A DNA stretch of 64,000 nt from Squalus acanthias. Its lineage: Eukaryota. Where the stretch lies: contig JASTWF010000034.1 of assembly GCA_030390025.1 (NCBI GenBank), forward strand, positions 3,596,001 through 3,660,000. The letters run 5' to 3'. Position 1 is the first letter of the stretch. The number at the start of each line of letters is the position of its first letter. The translations under genes were made by a program, and so were the position numbers. Under the pieces are notes generated by a model, which ran no database searches, was not told the DNA's origin, and was given only the letters and a program-made list of their open reading frames with translations. Positions 1 through 13,830 of this stretch are shown in pieces.

Positions 1-1150
1 CATTGCTGGGTCCGCAACTCTTTACAATCCATATTAACGATTTGGAGGAGGGGACCGAGTGTAACATATCAAAGTTTGCAGATGATACTAAGATGGGAGG
101 GAAAGTAGTGAGTGAGGAGGACATAAAAAAATCTGCAAGGGGACATAGACAGGCTAAGTAAGTGGGCAGAGATTTGGAAGATGGAATACAATACTGGAAA
201 GTGTTAGGTTATGCACTTTGGCAGGAAAAATAGTAGAGCAAGTTATTATCTAAATGGCAAGAAACTGGAAAGTACTGAAGTACAAAGGGATCTGGGGGTC
301 CTGGTGCACGAAACTCAAAAGGTTAGTATGCAGGTGCAGCAAGTGATTAAGAAGGCCAATGGAATGTTGGCTTTCATTGCTAAGGGGATAGAATATAAAA
401 ATAGGGAGGTATTGGTTCAGTTGTACATGGTATTGGTGAGACCGCACCTGGAATACTGCGTACAGTTTTGGTGTCCATACTTAAGAAAAGACATACTTGC
501 TCTCGAGTCAGTACAAAGAAGGTTCACTCGGGTAATCCCGGGGATGAGGGGTTGGACATATGAGGAGAGGTTGGGTAGATTGGGACTCCAGTCATTGGAG
601 TTCAGAAGAATGAGAGGCGATCTTATTGAAACATATAAGATTGTGAAGGGGTTGGATTGGGTGGATGCGGGGAGGATGTTCAGAATGATGGGTGAAACTA
701 GAACTAGGGGGCATAGTCTTAGAATAAGGGGCTGCTCTTTCAAAACTGAGATGAGAAGGAACTACTTCACTCAGAGGGTGGTAGGTCCATGGAATATGCT
801 GCCCCAAAAAGCAGTAGAAGCTAAATCATTACATAAATTTAAAACAGAAATAGACAGTTTCCTAGAAGTAAAGGGAATTAAGGGTTACGGGGAGCGGGCA
901 GGAATTTGGACATGAGTCTAGGTTTGGATCGGTCATGGCCCTGTGGATAGCGTAGCGGGCCAAGGGGCCATGTAGCCTGGTTCTGCTCCTATTTCTTGTG
1001 TCCAATTCTGTTTGGTTCAGGAGATGGTTCTGTGATAGTAGATTGGCGGTTAGGATCAGATCAGCCATGATCTTATTGAATGGCGGAGCAGGCTCGTGGG
1101 GCCAGTTGGCCTACTCCTGCTCCTATTTCTTATGTTCTTATGTTCTTATG
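1..1150 (+). mobile_element. CR1-clade LINE, 3' part (RT C-terminus plus 3' UTR), truncated by the window edge
   Basis: [15 protein letters not shown] at 1-90; ORF 211-915 with [11 protein letters not shown] and RRMRGDLIETYKI; ends in a (ttcttatg)n tail at about 1128-1150. Confidence 0.95.
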
Positions 1151-2405
1151 ACAGTCAGCATGGCAATGTTAAGGGAAGGTCGTGTCTAACTAAATTGATT
1201 TAATTTTTGAGGAGGTAATGAGGAGGGTCGATGAGGGGAGTGCATTTGAGAAAGTCCACGTAGATATTAGCAAGGCCTTTGACAAGTTCCCACATGACAG
1301 GTTGGTCATTGGATCCAAGGGAAAGTGGCAAATTGGATCCAAAATTGGCTCAGTGGCAGGAAGCAAAGGTCGTAATGGTCAACGGGTGTTTTCGTGAGTG
1401 GAAGGTTGTTTCCAGTGGGGTTCCACAGGGCTCAGTACTAGGCCTCCTGCTATTTGTGGTATACATCAATGATTTAGACTTCAATGTTGGGGACATAATG
1501 AAGAAGTTTGCACATGATACCAAAATTGGCTGTGTGGTTGATAGTGAGGAAGAAAGCTGTAGACTGCAAAAAGATATCACTGGACTGCTCAGGTGGGCAG
1601 AACAGTGGCAAATGGTTTCATTTCGGAGACGTGTGAGGTAATGCTTTTGTGGCGGGCTAAAAAGAAAAGGCAATACACAATAAATGGTAGGATACTGAGA
1701 AGTGCAGTGGAACAGAGGGACCTTGGAGTACATTTCCACATATCTCTAAAACTATCAAGACATGTAGATAGGGTAGTTAAAAAGGCATGTGGGATACATT
1801 GCTTTATTAGCCGAAGCATTGAATATAAAAACAGGGAGGTTATGCTAGAACTGTATAAAACACCAATTAGGCCACAGCTAGAATACTGCCGACTATTTTG
1901 GTCAAAACATTACAGGAAAGATGTGATTGCATTTGAGACATTATAGAGGAGATTTACGTGGATGTTGCCAAGACTGGAGAATAGCCTGGGGTTCTTTACT
2001 TTGGAACAGAGGAGGCTGAGGGGAGATTTAATTCAGATGTATAAAATTATGAGGGGCCTAGATAGAGTGGATAGCAAGCACCTATTTCCCCTGGCAGAGA
2101 GGTCAATAACCAAGGAGAATAGATTTAAAGTAATTGGTAGAAGGATTAGACGGGAGATGAGAATTTGTTTTACCCAGAGGGTGGTGCGGGTCTGAAACTC
2201 AAGGCCTGAAAGGGTGGTAGAGGCAGAAACCCTCATCACGTTTAAAACGTACATGGATATGCACTTGAAGTGCCATAACCTACAGGGCTACGGACCAAGA
2301 GCTAGAAAGTGGGATTAAGCTGGATAGCTCTAACTCGACCGGCGCAGATGCAATGAGCCAAATGGCCTCCTTCTGTGCCGTAAATTTCTATGATTCTATG
2401 ATTCT
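1151..2405 (+). mobile_element. CR1 LINE 3' fragment, degenerate RT
   Basis: Frameshifted RT pieces (SGVPQGSVLG, YINDLD, RPQLEYC); (ttctatga)n tail at 2385-2405. Confidence 0.92.
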
Positions 2406-2965
2406 GTAATTCCAAACCTTCGCTGCTCTAAAAAGAACAATCCCAGCTTCTTCTGTCTCTCCACGTAATTGAAGTCCCAGATCCCTGGTACCATTCCGGT
2501 AAATCTCCTCTACACCTTCTCTAATCCTTGACATGCTTGCCAAAGTTTGGTGCTCAGAATTGGACACAATACTCCAGCTGGGGTCTAACCATTGATTTTT
2601 AAAAGGTTAGCATTTCTACCTGGATTTTGTTACTCTGTGTCTCTGTTTGTAAAGCCAAGGACTCCGTATGCTTTAACAGCAATCGCTACTTGTCCTGCCA
2701 CCTTCAAAGGTTTGTGTAAGTACACACCAGGTCTCTCTGATCATGCACCCGCTTTGAAATTGTACCGTTTAGTTTATATTGCCTCTGTTCATGCTTCCTA
2801 CCAACATGTATCACTTCACCCTTCTCTGTGTTAAATTGTATCTGCCATGTGTCTGCCCATTTCACCAGTCTGTCTGCATCCTCCGGAATTCTGTTACTAT
2901 CATTCTCACTGTTGAATAACATTTCCGAGTTTTCTGTCATTTTCAAACTTTGTAATTATGCGCTG
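2406..2965 (-). mobile_element. CR1 LINE RT fragment
   Basis: Minus-strand LVKWADTWQIQFN, CEVIH-like and QRDL motifs. Confidence 0.85.
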
Positions 2966-5900
2966 TCATAGAGTCATCGATAGTCATAGTTATAGAGCAC
3001 AGAAAGAGGCCCTTCGGCCCATTTTGTCCGCTCCTGCCATCAAGCCCTATTCCCATTGTCCTGCACTTGGTCCGTAGCCTTGTATGCTGTGGCGTTTCAG
3101 GTGCTCATCTAAATGCTTATTGAATGCTGTGAAGGTTCCTGCCTCTACCACCGTTTCAGGCAGTGCGTTCCAGATTCCAACCACACTCTGGATGAAAAAG
3201 TTTTTCTTCAAATCCCCTCCAAACCTCCTGCCCCTTACCTTGAAACTATGCGCCCTGGTTATTGAACCCTCTACTAAGGGGAAAATTCCTTTCTATCTAC
3301 CCTATCTATGCCCCTCATAATTTTGTACACCTCAATCAGGTCCCCCCTCAGTCTTCTCTGCTCTAAGGAAAACAACCCCAGCCTGTCCGGTCTCTCTTCA
3401 TAGCTGAAGCGCTCCAGCCAAGGTAACATCCTGGTGAATCTGCTCTGCACCATCTAGAATGCAATCACATCATTCCTAAAGTGTGGCGACCAGAACTGCA
3501 CACAGTATTCCAGCTGTGGCCTAACTAGCATTTTGTACATCTCCATCATAACCTCCCTGCTCTTATATTCTTTGCCTTGGCTAATGAAGGCAAGTATCCC
3601 CCATGCCTTTTTTAACCACCTTATCTACCTGTCCTGCACCCTTCAGTGATGTATGTACCTGCACATCAAGATCCTCTGAAATAACTAGGGTCCTACCATT
3701 CATTGTGTATTCCCTTGCCCTGTTAGTCCTCCCGAAATGTATCACCTCACACTTTCCAAGGTTAAATTCCATTTGCCTCAGTTCTGCCCATCGAACCAAC
3801 CCGTCTATATCGTCCTGTAGCCTGAGGCTTCCCTCCTCGCTATTTACCACTCCAGCAATTTTCGTGTCATCTGCGAACTTACTGATCATACCTCCTACAT
3901 TCATATCTAAATCATTAATATATAATATAAACAGCAAAAGTCCCAGCACCGATCCCTGCGGTACACCACTGAATATAGGCTTCAAGTCACAAAAACAACC
4001 TTCGACCATCACCATCTGCCTCCTTCCACTAAGCCAATTTTGGATCCAATGTGCCAAATTGCCCTGGATCCCATGGTCTCTTGCCTTCTTCACCAGTCTC
4101 CCATGTGGGACGTTGTCAAAAGCCTTACTGAAGTCCATGTAGACTACATCAACTGCACTGCCCTCATCCACAAACCGAGTCACCCCCTCGAAAAATTCAA
4201 TCAATTTTGTTAGAAATGATCTCCCCCTTAAAGAGCCATTCTTACTATTCTTGGTTAACCCTTGCCTCTCCAAGTGTCGACTAATTCTGTCCCTCGGAAA
4301 TTTTTCCAATAATTTCCCTACCACTGATGTCAGGCTCACTGGCCTGTAATTCCCTGGTTTATCCCTACTACCCATCATGAATAATGGTACTACGTTAGCT
4401 GTTCACCAGTCCTCTGGCTCCTCCCCTGTGACCAGAGAGGCTCTGAAAATTTATGTCAGAGCCCCTGCAATCTCCTCCCTTGCCTCACACAGCAGCCTGG
4501 GATACATCTCGTCTTGGCCTGGGGATTTATTCACTTTAAAGCCCGCTAAAACCGCTAGAACCTCCTCCCTCTCAATACTAATTTGTTCAAGTATATCACA
4601 ATCGCCCTGCCTGATTTCTATGCCTACCACGTCCTTCACCATAGTGAACACAGTTGCAAAATATTCATTTAAAACCTCACTCACATCTTCTGGCTCTACA
4701 TACAGTTTACCACTTTGGCCCCCAATTGGCCCTACTCTTTCCCTGGTTATCCTCTTGCCCTTAATATACTTAAAAAACAGCTTGGGATTTTCCTTTCTGT
4801 TACCCGCCAGTGTTTTTTTTCATGCCACCTCTTCGCTTTCCTAATTTCTTTTTTAAGTACCCCCGTGTACATTTAATACTCCACTAGGGCTTCCACTGTT
4901 TTTACTCCTTTGTATCTGCCAAAAACCTCTCTTTTTTTCCTAATCCATTCTTGTATATCACTTGATATCCAGGGTTCCCAGGGCTTGTTGATCCCACCCT
5001 TGACCTTTACGGGAACTTGTTGGCGTTATACTCTCTCTATTTACTTTGTGAAAGACTCCCACTGCTCTAAAGTGGATTTTCCTACAATGAGCTGATCCAA
5101 ATCCACTTTGGCCGGATCCTGCCTTATCATATTAAAATTGACCTTCCCCCAATTTAGAACCTTTATTTCCTGTCCATCTTTGGCCTTTTCCATGACTACA
5201 TTAAATCTCAACGAATTATCGTCACTGTCACCAAAATGCTCTCTTTATGACACTTCCACCAATTGCCCAGCTACATTCCCTAGAATTAGGTCCAGTACCG
5301 CCCCCTCTCTTGTAGAACATTCTACATGCTGGCTCAAAAAGCTCTGCTGGATCCACTTTAAGAATTCTGCACCCTCTAAGCCTTTCACACTCTGACTATC
5401 TCACTTAATATTGGGGAAGTTGAAATCCCCTACTATTATTACCCTATTATTTCGACACTTCTCTGAGATTTGCCTACATATCTGTTCCTCTAACTCCCAC
5501 TGACTGTTTGCGGCCCTATAGTACACTCCCAGCAAAGTGCTTGCCCACTTTTTGTTTTTAAGTTCTACCCATATGGCCTCCTTAGAGGAACCTGCTACGA
5601 TATTATCCCTCCTTAAAGCAGTAATTGACTCCTTGATTAATATTGCGACACCCTCTCCGCTTTTACACCCCCTCTGTCTCGACTGAAGATTCCATACCCC
5701 GGAATATTGAACTGCCAGTCCTGCCCCTCCCTCAACCATGTCTCCGTGATAGCAAAAATATCATACTCCCATGTGTTCATCAACACCTTCAATTCATCTG
5801 CCTTACACGCAAGACTCCTTGAATTAAAATAAATGCCATCCAGCCTTGCCATACAACCTTGTGCCGTTGCATATTTGCTCTGACTTCCAGGCTGACTTGT

Positions 5901-6999
5901 TCTTTCCTCTATATTTGGCTGTGCATCACCCCCTACTATAGCTCCACTCCGTATCACATCCCCCTGCCAAGTTAGTTTAAACCCTCCTCCCAACAGTACT
6001 AGCAAACCTCCACGCAAATATGGTGGTCCCGTTCCGTTTCAGGTGCAACCCGTCCGACTTGTACAGGTCCCACCTTCCCCAGAAGCAGACCCAGTGATCC
6101 AGGAAACTAAAGCCCTCCCTCCTGCACCAACTTGTTAGCCACGCATTCATCTGCTCTATGCTCCTATTCCTGCACTCACTAGCACGTGGCAACGGGAGTA
6201 ATCCAGAGATTACAAGCTTTGTGTCCTGCTTTTTAATCTGCTACCTAGCTCCCTAAATTCTTGTTGCAGGACCTCATCCCTGTTTCTACCCATGTCGTTG
6301 GTACGAATGTGAACCACGACCTGTGACTGACCGCCCTTCCCCTTCAGAATGCCCTGCAGCCGTTCAGTGACATCCTTGACCCTGGCACCAGGGAGGCAAC
6401 ATACCATCCTGGAGTCACGTCTGCGGCCACAGAAACATCTATCTGTTCCCCTTACGATTGAATCCCCAATCACTATCGGTCTCCCACACTTTTTCCTCCC
6501 CTCCTGTGCAGCTGAGCCACTTGTCGTGCCACGGACTTGGCTTTTGCTGCATTCCCCTGAGAAACCATCTCCCCCATCAGTATCCAAAACGGAAAATCTG
6601 TTGGAGAGAGAGATGGACCCAGGTGACTCCTGCAGTACCATCCTAGTTCTTTTACACTGTCTGGCGGTCACCCATTTCCTGTCTGCCCGTGCACTCTTTA
6701 CCTGCGGTGTGACCACCTTGTTAAACGTGCTATCCACGAAGATCTCAGCTTCGCAGAAGCTCCACAGTGACTCCAGACGCAACTGCAGCCGCAGCTCCAG
6801 CTCCGAAACGCGGATTTCGAGTAGCTGCAGCTGGAGACACTTGCTGAACATGTGTTCGCCCTGGACACCGAAATTGTCCCTGACTTCCCACATAGCACAG
6901 GAGGTGCACACTACGCTGCCGAGCTGCCCTGCCATGTCCTTCCGTTAATTTACTTCCTTTACTTCCTTTAAATTAAAGAATACAAAATACACCAGGGAC
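2966..6999 (-). mobile_element. Near full-length CR1 LINE (part of 5' UTR, ORF1 zinc-finger/SGNH esterase, ORF2 APE-RT), decayed
   Basis: ORF1 6210-6935 (CxxC, IGDSIVRG, CLPGARV, then DGLHL); APE motifs TETWL and GDFNFPNI; RT 3581-4378 with FADD; ctatga-type tail at 2966-2996. Confidence 0.95.
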
Positions 7000-9900
7000 A
7001 GATCGTAACAGAGTGTTAAACTGCGAGTTTGCTAAATGAGGGAGTAAATCTGAAAGGTTAATCTATTATTTTTTATATATTGTAGTCTTGTGTGCTTGCA
7101 ATTAGCAATTAAATTTACTGTTTCAGGTTTTAAGTTTCTTCCAGGCTTAGGCAGGGCTAAGCAAGCTCTGTGCTGGAGAGCAGGTGAGAGTAATTAAGTA
7201 ACGAAGTGGTCTAATCTGGTTCTGTAACTGCCAGAGAGCTTACTTATTTAAATCTCAGCAGCATAAATGGGGGAGGCTAGTGTACAGTTTGTCACGGAGT
7301 ATAGATCGGAAGAGAGTGTTAAACTGCGAGTTTGGTGAGTTCGGGAGTTCGGGGAGGGAGCTGTTCCTTTCTTTTTCCATCTTTGTCAGCTTCCAGGAGA
7401 GCAGGAGCTAAAAAGCTGCACAAGAGGGGACAGAGAACCAGCGGTCAGTATTTCTACAGTATTTCTACATTCTAGTCATTGAAGTAAAAGTAATGTCTCC
7501 AGTTTGGAGTAAGTAGTGTTTCAAGGGAAGTAAGGTCCCTAGTGTATTTAATATTCTTTAATTTAAAGGGAGTAAATTAAGGGTAGGACATTGCAGGGTT
7601 GCTCGGCAACGTGTAGTGCTCCTCCTGTGTAATGTTGGAAGTCAGGGACACTTTAGGTGTCCAGGGCGTACACATGTGCAGGAATTGTCTCCAGCTGCAG
7701 CTACTCGAAATCCGCGTTTCGGAGCTTGAGTAGCGGCTGGAGTCACTCTGGAGCATCCGCGAAGCTGAGATCTTCGTGGATAGCACGTTTATCAAGGAGG
7801 TCACACCGCAGGTAAAGAGTGTACAGGAAGACAGGGAATGGGTGATCACCAGACAGAGTAACAGAACTAGGAAGGTAGTGCAGAAGTCCCCTGGGTCCAT
7901 CTCCCTCTCTGACAGATTTTCCGTTTTGGATACTGATGGGGGAGAGGGTTTCTCAGGGGAATGCAGCAAGAGCCAAGTCCGTGGCACTACGACTGGCTCA
8001 GCTGAACAGGAGGGGAGGAAAGAGAGTGGGAGAGTAATAGTGATAGGGGATTCTATCGTAAGTGGAACAGATAGACGTTTCTGTGGCCGCAGACGTGACT
8101 CCAGGATGGTATGTTGTCTCCCTGGTGCCAGGGTCAAGGATGACACTGAACGGCTGCAGGGCATTCTGAAGGGGGAGGGTGAACAGTCAGAGGTCGTGGT
8201 TCACATTGGTATCAACGACATGGGTAGAAAGAGTGATGAGGTCCTGCAACAATAATTTAGGGAGCTAGGTAGCAGATTAAAATGCAGGACCTCAAAGGTT
8301 GTAATCTATTAATTACTCCTGGTGCCACGTGCTAGTGAGTATAGGAATAGAAGGATAGAGCAGATGAATGCGTGGCTAAAAAGATGGTGCAGGAGGGAGG
8401 GCTTTAGTTTCCTGGATCACTTGTTCTGCTTCTGGGGAAGGTGGGACCTGTACAAGTCGGACGGGTTGCACCTGAACCGGAACGGGACCAACATCCTTGC
8501 GGGGAGGTTTGCTGGTACTGTTGGGGGTGTGGGGGGGGGGGGGGGGTTTAAACTAACTTGGCAGGGGAATGGGATATGGAGTGGAGCTATAGTAGGGGAT
8601 GATGCACAGCCAAATATAGAGGTAAAAACAGTCAGCCTGGAAGGCAGAGCAAATATGTAACGGCACAAGAAACTATAGCAAGGCTGTATGACATTTATTT
8701 TAATGCAAGGAGTCTTGCGAGTAAGGCAGATGAATTGAAGGTGTTGATGAACACATGGGAGTATGATATTGTTGCTATCACAGAGATATGGTTGAGGGAG
8801 GGACAGGACTGGCAGCTCAATATTTCGGGGCATAGAATCTTCAGGCGAGACAGAGGGAGGAGTAAAAGAGGAGGAGGTGTCGAAATATTAATCAAGGAGT
8901 AAATTACTGGAGAAAGGAGGGATGGTATCTTAGCAGGTTCCTCTAATGACGCCATATGGGTAGAACTTAAAAACAAAAAGGGGGCAAGCACTTTGCTGGA
9001 GTGTACTATAGGCCCCCAAACAGTCAGTGGGAGATAGAGGAACAGATATGTAGGCAAATCTCACAGAAGTGTAGAAATAATAGGGTAATTATAGCAGGGG
9101 ATTTCAACTTCCCCAATATTAACTGGGATAGTCAGAGTGTGAAAGGCTTAGAGGGTGCAGAATTCTTAAAGTGCATCCAGGAGAGCTTTTTGAGCCAGCA
9201 TTTAGAATGTCCTACAAGAGAGGGGGCGGTACTGGACCTAATTCTAGGGAATGTAGCTAGGCAAGTGGTAGTAGTGTTATTAGGAGAGCATTTTGGTGAC
9301 AGTGACCATAATTCGGTGAGATCTAAGGTAGTCATGGAAAAGGACAAAGATGGACCGGAGATAAAGGTTCTAAATTGGGGTAAGGCCGATTTTAATATGA
9401 TAAGGCAGGATCTGGCCAAAGTGGACTGGGATCAGCTACTTGTAGGAAAATCCACATCAGAGCAGTGGGAGTCTTTCAGAAAGGAAATAGAGAGAGTACA
9501 ACGGCAACATGTTCCCGTAAAGGTCAAGGGTGGGACCAACAAGCCCAAGGAACCCTGGATGTCAAGCGATATTCGAGAATGGATTGGGAAAAAAAGAGAG
9601 GCTTTTGGCAGATACAAAGGACTAAAAACAGTGGAAGCCCTAGAGGAGTATAGAAAGTGCAGCGGGGTACTTAAAAAAGAAATTAGGAGAGTGAAGAGGG
9701 GTGTGAAATAACACTGGCGGGCAAAATAAAGAAAAATCCCAGGTGTTTGATCAGTATATTAAGAGCAAGAGGATAACTAGGGAAAGAGTAGGGCCCATTA
9801 GGGACCAAAGTTGCAATCTGTGTGTCGAGCAGACGATCTCGGTGAGGTTTTAAATGAATATTTTACATCTGTGTTCACGATGGAGAAGGACGATGTAGGC

Positions 9901-11578
9901 ATAGAAATCAGGCCGGGGGAATGTGATATACTTGAAAAAATTAGTATTGGGAGGGAGGAGGTACTAGCGCTTTTAGAACGCTTAAAAGTGAATAAATCTC
10001 CAGGCCCAGACGAGATGTATCCCAGGTTGCTGTGTGAGGCAAGGGAGGAGATTGCAGGTGCTCTGAAACAAATTTTCAGAACCTCTCTTGCCACAGGGGA
10101 GGTGCCAAAGGACTGGAGAACAGCTAACGTAGTACCATTATTCAAGAAGGATAGTAGGGATAAACCAAGGAATTACAGGCCAGTGAGCCTAACATCAGTG
10201 GTAGGGAAATTATTGGAAAAAATTCTGAGGGGCAGAATTAGTCTCCACTTGGATAGGCAAAAATTTAATCCAGGGTAGTCAGCATGGCTTTGTCAGGGGG
10301 AGATCATGTCTGACCAATTTGATTGCATTTTGATGAGGGGGTGACTAGGTGTGTGGATGAGGGCAGTGCAGTTGATGTGGCCTACATGGACTTCAGTAAG
10401 GCTTTTGACAAAGTCCTGCATGGAAGACTGGTCAAGAAGATAAAAGCCCATGGGATCCTGGGCAACTTGTCACATTGGATTCAAAATTGGCTTAGTCGCA
10501 GGAGGCAGAGGGTGATGGTCGAAGGTTGTTTTTTTGACTGGAAGCCTTTGTCCAGTGGTGTACCGCAGGGATCGGTGCTGGGTCCTTTGCTGTTTGTAGT
10601 GTACATTAATGATTTAGATATGAATGTAGGTGGGATGATCAGTAAGTTTGCAGATGACCCGAAAATTTGTGGGGTGGTAAATAGCGAGGAGGGAAGCCTC
10701 AGGCTACAGGACGATATAGACGGTTTGGTTAGATGGGCAGAACAGTGGCAAATTGAATTTAACCTGGAAAAGTGTGAGGTGATGCATTTTGGGAGGACTA
10801 ACAAGGCAAGGGAATACACAATGAATGGTAGGACCCTAGGAAGGATAGAGGATCAGAGGGACCTTGGCGTGCAGGTACATACATCCCTGAAGGCAGCAGG
10901 ACAGGTAGATAAGGAGGTTAAAAAGGCATAAGGTATACTTGCCTTCATTGGCCGAGGCATAGAATATAAGAGCAGGGAGGTTATGATGGAGCTGTACAAA
11001 ACGCTATTTAGGCCACAGCTGGAATACTGTGTGCAGTTCTGGTCGCCACACTATAGGAAGGTTGTGATTGCATTGGAGAGGATGCAGAGGAGATTCACCA
11101 GGATGTTACCTTGGCTGCAGCGCTTCAGCTATGAAGAGAGACTGGACAGGCTGGGGTTGTTTTCCTTCGAGCAGAGAAGGCCGAGGGGGGACCTGATTGA
11201 GGTGTACAAAATTATGAGGGGCATAGATAGGGTAGCTAGAAAGGAACTTTTCCCCTTAGTAGAGGGGTCAATAACCAGGGGGCAGAGTTACAAGGTAAGG
11301 GGCAGGAGGTTTAGACGAGATTTGACGAAAAACTTTTTCACCCAGAGGGTGGTTGGAATCTGTAACTCACTGCCTGAAAGGGTGGTAGAGGCAGGAAACC
11401 TCACAACTTTCAAGAAGCATTTAGATGAGCAGTTGAAACGCCATAGCATACAAGGCTACAGACCAAGTGCTGGAAAATGGGATTAAAATAGACAGGGCTT
11501 GACGGCCGGTGCGGACACGATGGGCCGAAGGGCCTCTTTCTGTGCTGTATAACTCTATGACTCTATGACTCTATGACT
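7000..11578 (+). mobile_element. Full-length CR1 LINE of the same family as 2966-6999, decayed
   Basis: 5' UTR; ORF1 about 7590-8660 (IGDSIVSG, DGLHLN); ORF2 pieces 9001-11486 ([26 protein letters not shown]); (ctatgact)n tail at 11553-11578. Confidence 0.95.
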
Positions 11579-11778
11579 TCCATATAAACACGACTTACTC
11601 TAAACTGGAGACCATACTTTTACTTTAACGACTGGACTGTAGAAATATTCACCAGGTCCTGGAAGCTGACAAAGATAGAAAAATAAAGGAACACCTCTCT
11701 CCCCGTACTCCCTCACTCACCAAACTTGCAGCTTAACATTCTGTTCCAAGCTTCACTCCGTGACAAACTGCACTCTAG

Positions 11779-12010
11779 CCAGTACTGAGGGAGTGCTGCA
11801 TTTTTGGAGTGGCAGTACTGAGGGAGTGCATCTCTGTCAGTGGGGCAGTACTGACGGAGCACTGCACTGTCAGAGGGGCATTATTGAGGGAGCACTGCAC
11901 TGTCAGTGCGGCAGTACTGAGGGAGCACTGCACTGTCAGAGGGGCAGTACTGAGGGAGCAATGCACTGTCAGTGTGGCAGTACTGAGGGAGCACTGCACT
12001 GTCAGAGGTG
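11779..12010 (+). repeat. 33-bp tandem repeat, about 7 copies
   Basis: Unit gcagtactgagggagcactgcactgtcagaggg; 11-aa periodicity (GSTEGALHCQR). Confidence 0.9.
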
Positions 12011-12330
12011 CCGTCTCTCAGGTGAGACGTTAAACCCATCTGTTCTCTAAGGTGGAGGTAAAAGATCACATGTAATTATATTGCAGAAGAGCAGCAGAAT
12101 TAACCCCGGTGTTCTGGCCAATATTTATCTCAATCAACATCACTAAAGCAGATTATCTGGTCATTATCACATTGCTGTTTGTGGGAGCTTGCTGTGCTGA
12201 AATTGGCTGCCACGTTTCCTACGGTACAACTGTGACTTCACTTCAAAAGGACTTCATTGGCTTGAAAGCGCTTTGGGACATCCCAAGATCGTGAAAAGCG
12301 CTATATAAATGCAATTCTTTCTTTCTTTCT
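11779..12330 (+). mobile_element. Deu-domain SINE (SacSINE1/AmnSINE-like), 5'-truncated, with an internal 33-bp tandem amplification
   Basis: Core tggccaatatttatc...attatcacattgctgtttgtgggagcttgctgtg...gcgctatataaatgca with (tttc)n tail; matches the minus-strand copies at 16033 and 23810. Family name from recall. Confidence 0.8.
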
Positions 12331-12449
12331 TAACTGTAACTTGCAAAAGGTAATTGGATGCAAACTTGAAAATGAGAATTTTTCAGGGCTATGGTGAAAC
12401 GGCTCAATTGTTTATTACCATTCACAACAGGATATAAAAGCTTTGAAAT

Positions 12450-13100
12450 AATTTGATGTGTTGGGATCGCTTGGCTCTGTCTAATGTCATTCCATTGATC
12501 ACCATGGTAGATGCACATGATATGATGGAGGGTGGCCTCAGGGTGAAGCTGAGATTTATTCTCCACACACATTGAGCGGTGGTCAGTCCTACCAATATCG
12601 TCATGGACAGTTGCATATGCGATAGCTAGATTGGTGAGGACGTGATCAAGCAGGCTTTTCTCTCATCTTGGGTCTCCCACCACCTGCCACAATCCCGGTC
12701 AGGCAGCTGTGTTCTTCAGGGCTCGGTTAATGATGGTAATTCCGAGCCACTCTTGGGGATGGACATTGAAGTCTCGCCCACCTGACCCACTGTATAATTT
12801 GCACCCTTTCTGCTCTCGGTGCTCCCATCAATTGGTGTTCGGCATGAAGATGGGCCGATTCATCAGCTGAGGGAGGGCGGTAGGTGATAATCGGCAGGAA
12901 GTTACCTTGCCCATGTCTGACTGGAAGCCATCAGACTTCATTATAAACTTAGGCAATGTTCAGCACTCGCAGGGTTTCTCTCTCCCGATTGTATATCCCT
13001 GTGCCCCCACCTCTGGTGGGTCTGTGCAGACCCTGGAATGGTGATGGAGGGTTTGAGAATGTTGACTGACAGGTATGGTTCTGTGAGTAAGATTATGCGA
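12450..13100 (-). mobile_element. Old non-LTR retrotransposon APE endonuclease fragment
   Basis: Reverse strand gives DFNVH..EWL and LLDxVLTNL-like degenerate motifs. Confidence 0.6.
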
Positions 13101-13329
13101 GAATTTAATGTTTCCAGAGAGTTTCATGGAGTATTGAGGTGCTTACAGCGTATTTATCTCATTGGTTAATATTTTAATTGTTTTTCTTTGATCCCTTCGT
13201 ATTAATCCTTTGCTCCTTTTCATTATTCTTCCCCTCGGTCAAACACGATGACATGTTTGTCTGGGTAAGGTCACTCTTCTTCTACTTCTTCTTCTTGTTC
13301 TATTTTCAGGCAAAAGAGAAATGAACTGA

Positions 13330-13830
13330 GAATGAAATTCCTGGACTGAGGTGGGAGCAGTGTAATCTAGGCCCCCCTGGGAATGAAATTCCTGGACTGA
13401 GGCGGGAGCAGTGTAATCTAGGCGGCCGTGGGAATGAAATTCCTAGATTGAGGCAGGAGCACTGTAATCTAGGCAGCCCTGGGAATGAAATTCCTGGATT
13501 GAGGTGGGAGCACTGTAATCTAGGCAGCCCTGGGAATGAAATTCCTGGATTGAGGTGGGTGCAGTCTAATCTAGGCGGCCCTGGGAATGAAATTCCTGAA
13601 TTGAGGTGGGAGCAATGTAATCTAGGCGGCCCTGGGAATGAAATTCCTGGATTGAGGTGGGAGCAATGTAATCTAGGCAGCCCTGGGAATGAAATTCCTG
13701 GAATGAGGTGGGAGCAATGTAAACTAGGAAGCCCTGGGAATTAAATTCCTGGACTGAGGTGGGAGCAATGTAATCTAGGCAGCCCTGGGAATGAAATTCC
13801 TGGATTGAGGTGGGAGCAGTGTAATCTAGT
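13330..13830 (+). repeat. 51-bp minisatellite, about 10 copies
   Basis: Unit gggaatgaaattcctggattgaggtgggagcagtgtaatctaggcagccct. Confidence 0.95.

Noticed and set aside
13330..13830. CRISPR-like appearance of this and other regular arrays (41415-42210, 55980-56512)
   Set aside because: Units are contiguous with no unique spacers, no cas genes are present, and the context is vertebrate.
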